Positions 35,601 through 37,913 of a DNA stretch of 37,913 nucleotides are shown one piece after another. Made by a program: the position numbers and the translations under genes. Under the pieces are notes generated by a model, which was not told the origin of the DNA, made no database searches, and saw nothing but the letters and a program-made list of their open reading frames with translations. This stretch comes from a virus (taxonomy: Duplodnaviria; Caudoviricetes): positions 1 through 37,913 of IMG/VR virus record IMGVR_UViG_3300008085_000063. One strand, 5' to 3'. The first letter of the stretch is position 1, and every line of letters begins with the position of its first letter.

Positions 35601-37247
35601 GAGGTATTGCTCGGCTTCTTTGTAGAGCTTAGATATGCGTGGGTCAACATCAGGAGAGGTCTTAGTTGATATATTATTGCTATCAAGCACTTCTTTTAAC
35701 CTAGGGTTAGCAGCGGCGAGTTCGTCCATAGACACGGATTGGCGGCGACTATTCCCCTCTCCAGTAGTGAGGTGAATACTTTTATTAAATGTTTTGCCAT
35801 CACTGAATTGTTTGTCGGATATACGGCTAATTTCTGGACGCAATATTTCGGCTTGTTCAGGAGTGAGTAGAGTTTTGTTTTTGCCTATTGTCACATAAGT
35901 TTTTTGACTGTCTGGAGTCCCATCTGGGTAGCCATCTGCTGTAGGAGTACCCTGAGCCTGTGCCGTCTCATTAGCAGCTAAACGAGCGTCAGTTTCACTA
36001 ACTGGGTTAGCAGCGGCACGAACAGACTCCTGTGATATAGGAGTAGCGTTTTCAGCTATATTTCGGCTTTCCTGTGTAATTGGGCTCTCCATCGGCTGAA
36101 CGGGTTGAACAACCTCAGACACTGGGGCTTCTGGAGCTGGTGCGGTTGTTTCGGTATCGAGTTTAGTCTGAACCTCATCAAACCGACGGTTGATTTCATC
36201 AACAGCTTGAGTGTCACCAGCATCAACACGAGCTAATAATTGTTCTGGAGTAGCCTTTTGGAGGGTCAATGGCATATCTTGATTAGTGATATTTGGCGTG
36301 TCTATTTGACGGACGGGCGCTTGTGGCACGTCAACGACAATCTGCTCAGCTTGCTGGCGAAGATTGTTGGCTGCGGTTTTAGCGCTGGATATTTTGCTTT
36401 CAGCTAAGGTTGGGCTACTGATGCCATCATCAATTTTGCCGAGTTGAGAGGTTGGAGTTTCTTGGACGACTCGCTCAATATCATCAGCGGTTTTAAGTAG
36501 GGAATTTTTAGCACGACTCAATGAACTAGCCGCTTTTGTAAGCTTACTGGCGCTGGTGATAGCCTGTGCAGTTTCTAAAGGACTTACCATAGACCCAGTA
36601 GCTTCCGAGAGCGCTAAACCCCATTTCTCTGCCTCGTTGAGGTCCCCGCCATTCCTATATATCTGGTCTATGGAAAGGTCTTTAGCACGTTCTGTGTCAT
36701 CAATATATTCATTGTAGGTTTTATCGCCTATTTTTACACTGCCTAAAGTGTTAGACACCCCAGTAGACCAGTCCTCTTCAAATTTCTTGTTACCGAACAA
36801 CCCACCAACAAAAGCTGGTAGGTTAGCAATATCACGAACAGATGATTGGACGGGAGCCCACAACTGGTTCACAAGCAGGTTGGCTTTAGCCGACGATATG
36901 CTGCGCGCCTTATTGTCTGCATTTAACTTATCCATATTATCCTTGATGGCAGCACGCGGGTCAGCGGCAGCCTTCAGCTCTGGGCTGTATGGTGCATTTG
37001 GGTTATTCCTAGCGTCCATGAGCTGTTGATTAGAAAACTCAGAAGCTACTGGCTTTTGCAAGATAAAATTATTTTGTGGCAACCCTGGAGCGCCAATATT
37101 AGGCAACGTAAATTGTGGTGTGTTTGCTTGACGGATCTGAGCAGGGCCGGCTTGGGGCTGTTGTTGCGCTTTCTTTTTTTCATCATCAAGTTGGGTATTG
37201 GAAATCCAGCCCTTACCTTGAAAGAAATTGGCGAGGTTCTCAAACAT
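32601..37247 (-). CDS. Large internal virion / DNA ejection protein (1548 aa)
   Basis: Size, Ala-rich helical composition, hydrophobic segments in the C-terminal third, DQFG motif; GGAGG SD. Confidence 0.75.
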   Translation of the reverse strand: MFENLANFFQGKGWISNTQLDDEKKKAQQQPQAGPAQIRQANTPQFTLPNIGAPGLPQNNFILQKPVASEFSNQQLMDARNNPNAPYSPELKAAADPRAAIKDNMDKLNADNKARSISSAKANLLVNQLWAPVQSSVRDIANLPAFVGGLFGNKKFEEDWSTGVSNTLGSVKIGDKTYNEYIDDTERAKDLSIDQIYRNGGDLNEAEKWGLALSEATGSMVSPLETAQAITSASKLTKAASSLSRAKNSLLKTADDIERVVQETPTSQLGKIDDGISSPTLAESKISSAKTAANNLRQQAEQIVVDVPQAPVRQIDTPNITNQDMPLTLQKATPEQLLARVDAGDTQAVDEINRRFDEVQTKLDTETTAPAPEAPVSEVVQPVQPMESPITQESRNIAENATPISQESVRAAANPVSETDARLAANETAQAQGTPTADGYPDGTPDSQKTYVTIGKNKTLLTPEQAEILRPEISRISDKQFSDGKTFNKSIHLTTGEGNSRRQSVSMDELAAANPRLKEVLDSNNISTKTSPDVDPRISKLYKEAEQYLNKADEILAREGSDVSKLGEKLYVADVNKTTAQLTPAEREAFDYLNKNINDAERVLTSQGIIDKDLGIRRDYLPTGDESSIEKVFTPEDINASTFNYSKGRSGGFIKADGTVSDKLPEGIRAAYTDYYVRGKGSQYLSDTQVDSIKSTRISQTDMNDIMFGASKEPLTGMDGKPVKLDGGQITKNADELVSLQRDYADAAKIGDETIIKKAQKAVNQKTIDNSVDKLTQMKKQIDDLIKETKASNLSREQKTARIVELENRLEYAHKQTAYQQSFVKTNMLFQLPGRIADQVGKITQSVGDALTSPLTRGATKDFRPTTKAGKQAAKTVARDSVLNQRKNNYTLNKAIGDATSDNVLQKAAGRYNAAGTYVTELGSRQSAPTLDTARYFAAQAETQGAADVTEYIRKAVGTKEWDRVFNQFSTNRNRFSGIGDITGRTVRGGPGVTKGAVNTWFDGAKSGLNKAIDNTFATTLSRSVRRNMADAISIPLVGFPRVVWNVGSKGMDYATFGMSNLYKASKVNVIDDATALQKALHLRDAIDGAAAGTGLAGLGVLLGQSDMITGSEPEKQANGEWVPPYSLKLGNDYVELGRFIGPYAVPVMIAAAISRGDSAVNIASIPALVTGQVLSNFGADSIGDTMSQMGDALNGDLSGLASRFPNMLAAFAPFSGEINSIANATDPYQRVTKDDDAFVQFMQQLASKVPGLREQMLTEKTDQFGNKIPNSPLKAIIPLNTVGSGWGETELGAEANRLGLKPSGNSNTQKNAEDMANRITKSEWYQGLDDEGKKDALQSTLYSGKLEDINDSLSDTAKSALAIGTLMGVDERDKWLEDKTNAVDYHVGRYENAIANDTLTAKDDNLENSSSLHYKAISSQVNATLPYWTATLEEQYKNISKKELLAMAPENPIRKALLALDEARAGAGVSLKDGDHSASKYGSGSGSGSGGNSFSFASTSAVNAEKSGFTNPTIKSSWNTPLVKPLGIGEASKKVKRNISVKRGVSL

Positions 37248-37258
37248 TGAGAAACCTC

Positions 37259-37913
37259 CTAACTTAACTCATCTTTACGCTTTTGGACAGTAGCGACCAC
37301 ACTTGGAGAGTTCGGTTGCGAATTCCCAGTTTGGGTTTTAACTTGAAGATTGTTAGTGCCAGAAAGATATTTAGCCAGATTTTGTGGGCTATATAGGCTA
37401 GAAACTGGCGTGTAGGAAACAGCTTGGCCTTGTGGTATTTTAGCAACATCGGCATAAAGACCAGCAGCCTGGTTGGAATAATTAGCACCCTCTGAGGTAT
37501 CAGCCCCATAAACATTGGCAAGTTTGCCAAGAATATCAATCTTATTATTATAGAAGCTAGTGTCAGCGTTGTTAAACGATGATTGTAATGCTGCATCAGC
37601 TTGCGCGCGACGTTGTTTGTCTTGGGCCTCAGTATCAGACCAAGCGTTCTGTAGAGTAGAAGCGTTGGTCTCAAAATTATTCTGAGCGTCGCCAATGTCT
37701 TTGTTAGCAGCTTGACCAATAGCACGGTCAGCAAGGACTGAACCGGTACCGTTTAATGCGCCCATAGCGGCAAGAACCGCACGAAGCCCTTGGCCACCTT
37801 GAGCAGCTTGAAGCATAGCGGCTTGACGATTACCAGTTAAGTTTTGTTCGTTCTGAGTAGTTTGACCCGTGTACCTAGTTCGGTCGATATCGAGTTGGTC
37901 GTTGTACTGCTTA
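37259..37913 (-). CDS. 3' part of an Ala/Gln/Asn-rich ejection-like protein, open to the right edge
   Basis: Frame stays open upstream of ATG 37816 (KQYNDQLDIDRTRYTGQTTQNEQNLTGNRQAA). Confidence 0.8.
   Translation of the reverse strand, partial: KQYNDQLDIDRTRYTGQTTQNEQNLTGNRQAAMLQAAQGGQGLRAVLAAMGALNGTGSVLADRAIGQAANKDIGDAQNNFETNASTLQNAWSDTEAQDKQRRAQADAALQSSFNNADTSFYNNKIDILGKLANVYGADTSEGANYSNQAAGLYADVAKIPQGQAVSYTPVSSLYSPQNLAKYLSGTNNLQVKTQTGNSQPNSPSVVATVQKRKDELS

Noticed and set aside
1-37913. Host assignment and temperate lifestyle
   Set aside because: No host DNA, att site, integrase or partition genes seen; sigma70-type promoters and an amidase only indicate a bacterial host.

Overview
This window looks like an almost complete ~38 kb tailed dsDNA phage genome with podovirus-like architecture: portal, adaptor, nozzle and large ejection proteins, but no tape measure or tail tube. 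It appears to be a circular or permuted assembly broken inside one gene at a 12-bp tandem repeat. Transcription diverges from a control region at about 6064-6830. Leftward: an unknown leaderless gene, an SF3/D5-like helicase, VRR-NUC, a GH130/GT91-like beta-propeller and GDP-mannose 4,6-dehydratase, then (through the join) the virion and lysis genes. Rightward: small early genes, YopX, an SNF2-like helicase, a Cas4-like exonuclease, a gp2.5-like SSB, an RHH protein and a Stealth-like phosphotransferase. I recognised no DNA polymerase, integrase, CI-type repressor, tRNA or CRISPR array. The most striking unannotated signal is a predicted ~45-50 nt RNA (5297-5345, minus strand) with its own promoter and terminator. 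Its unpaired 5' end (UGGUUAGAGCC) is complementary to a CUCUAACCA box in the 5' leaders of the three early and replication operons, suggesting a one-to-many antisense RNA switch. A dispersed glycan-synthesis toolkit is the second highlight. All family assignments come from motif recognition by eye, not database searches.
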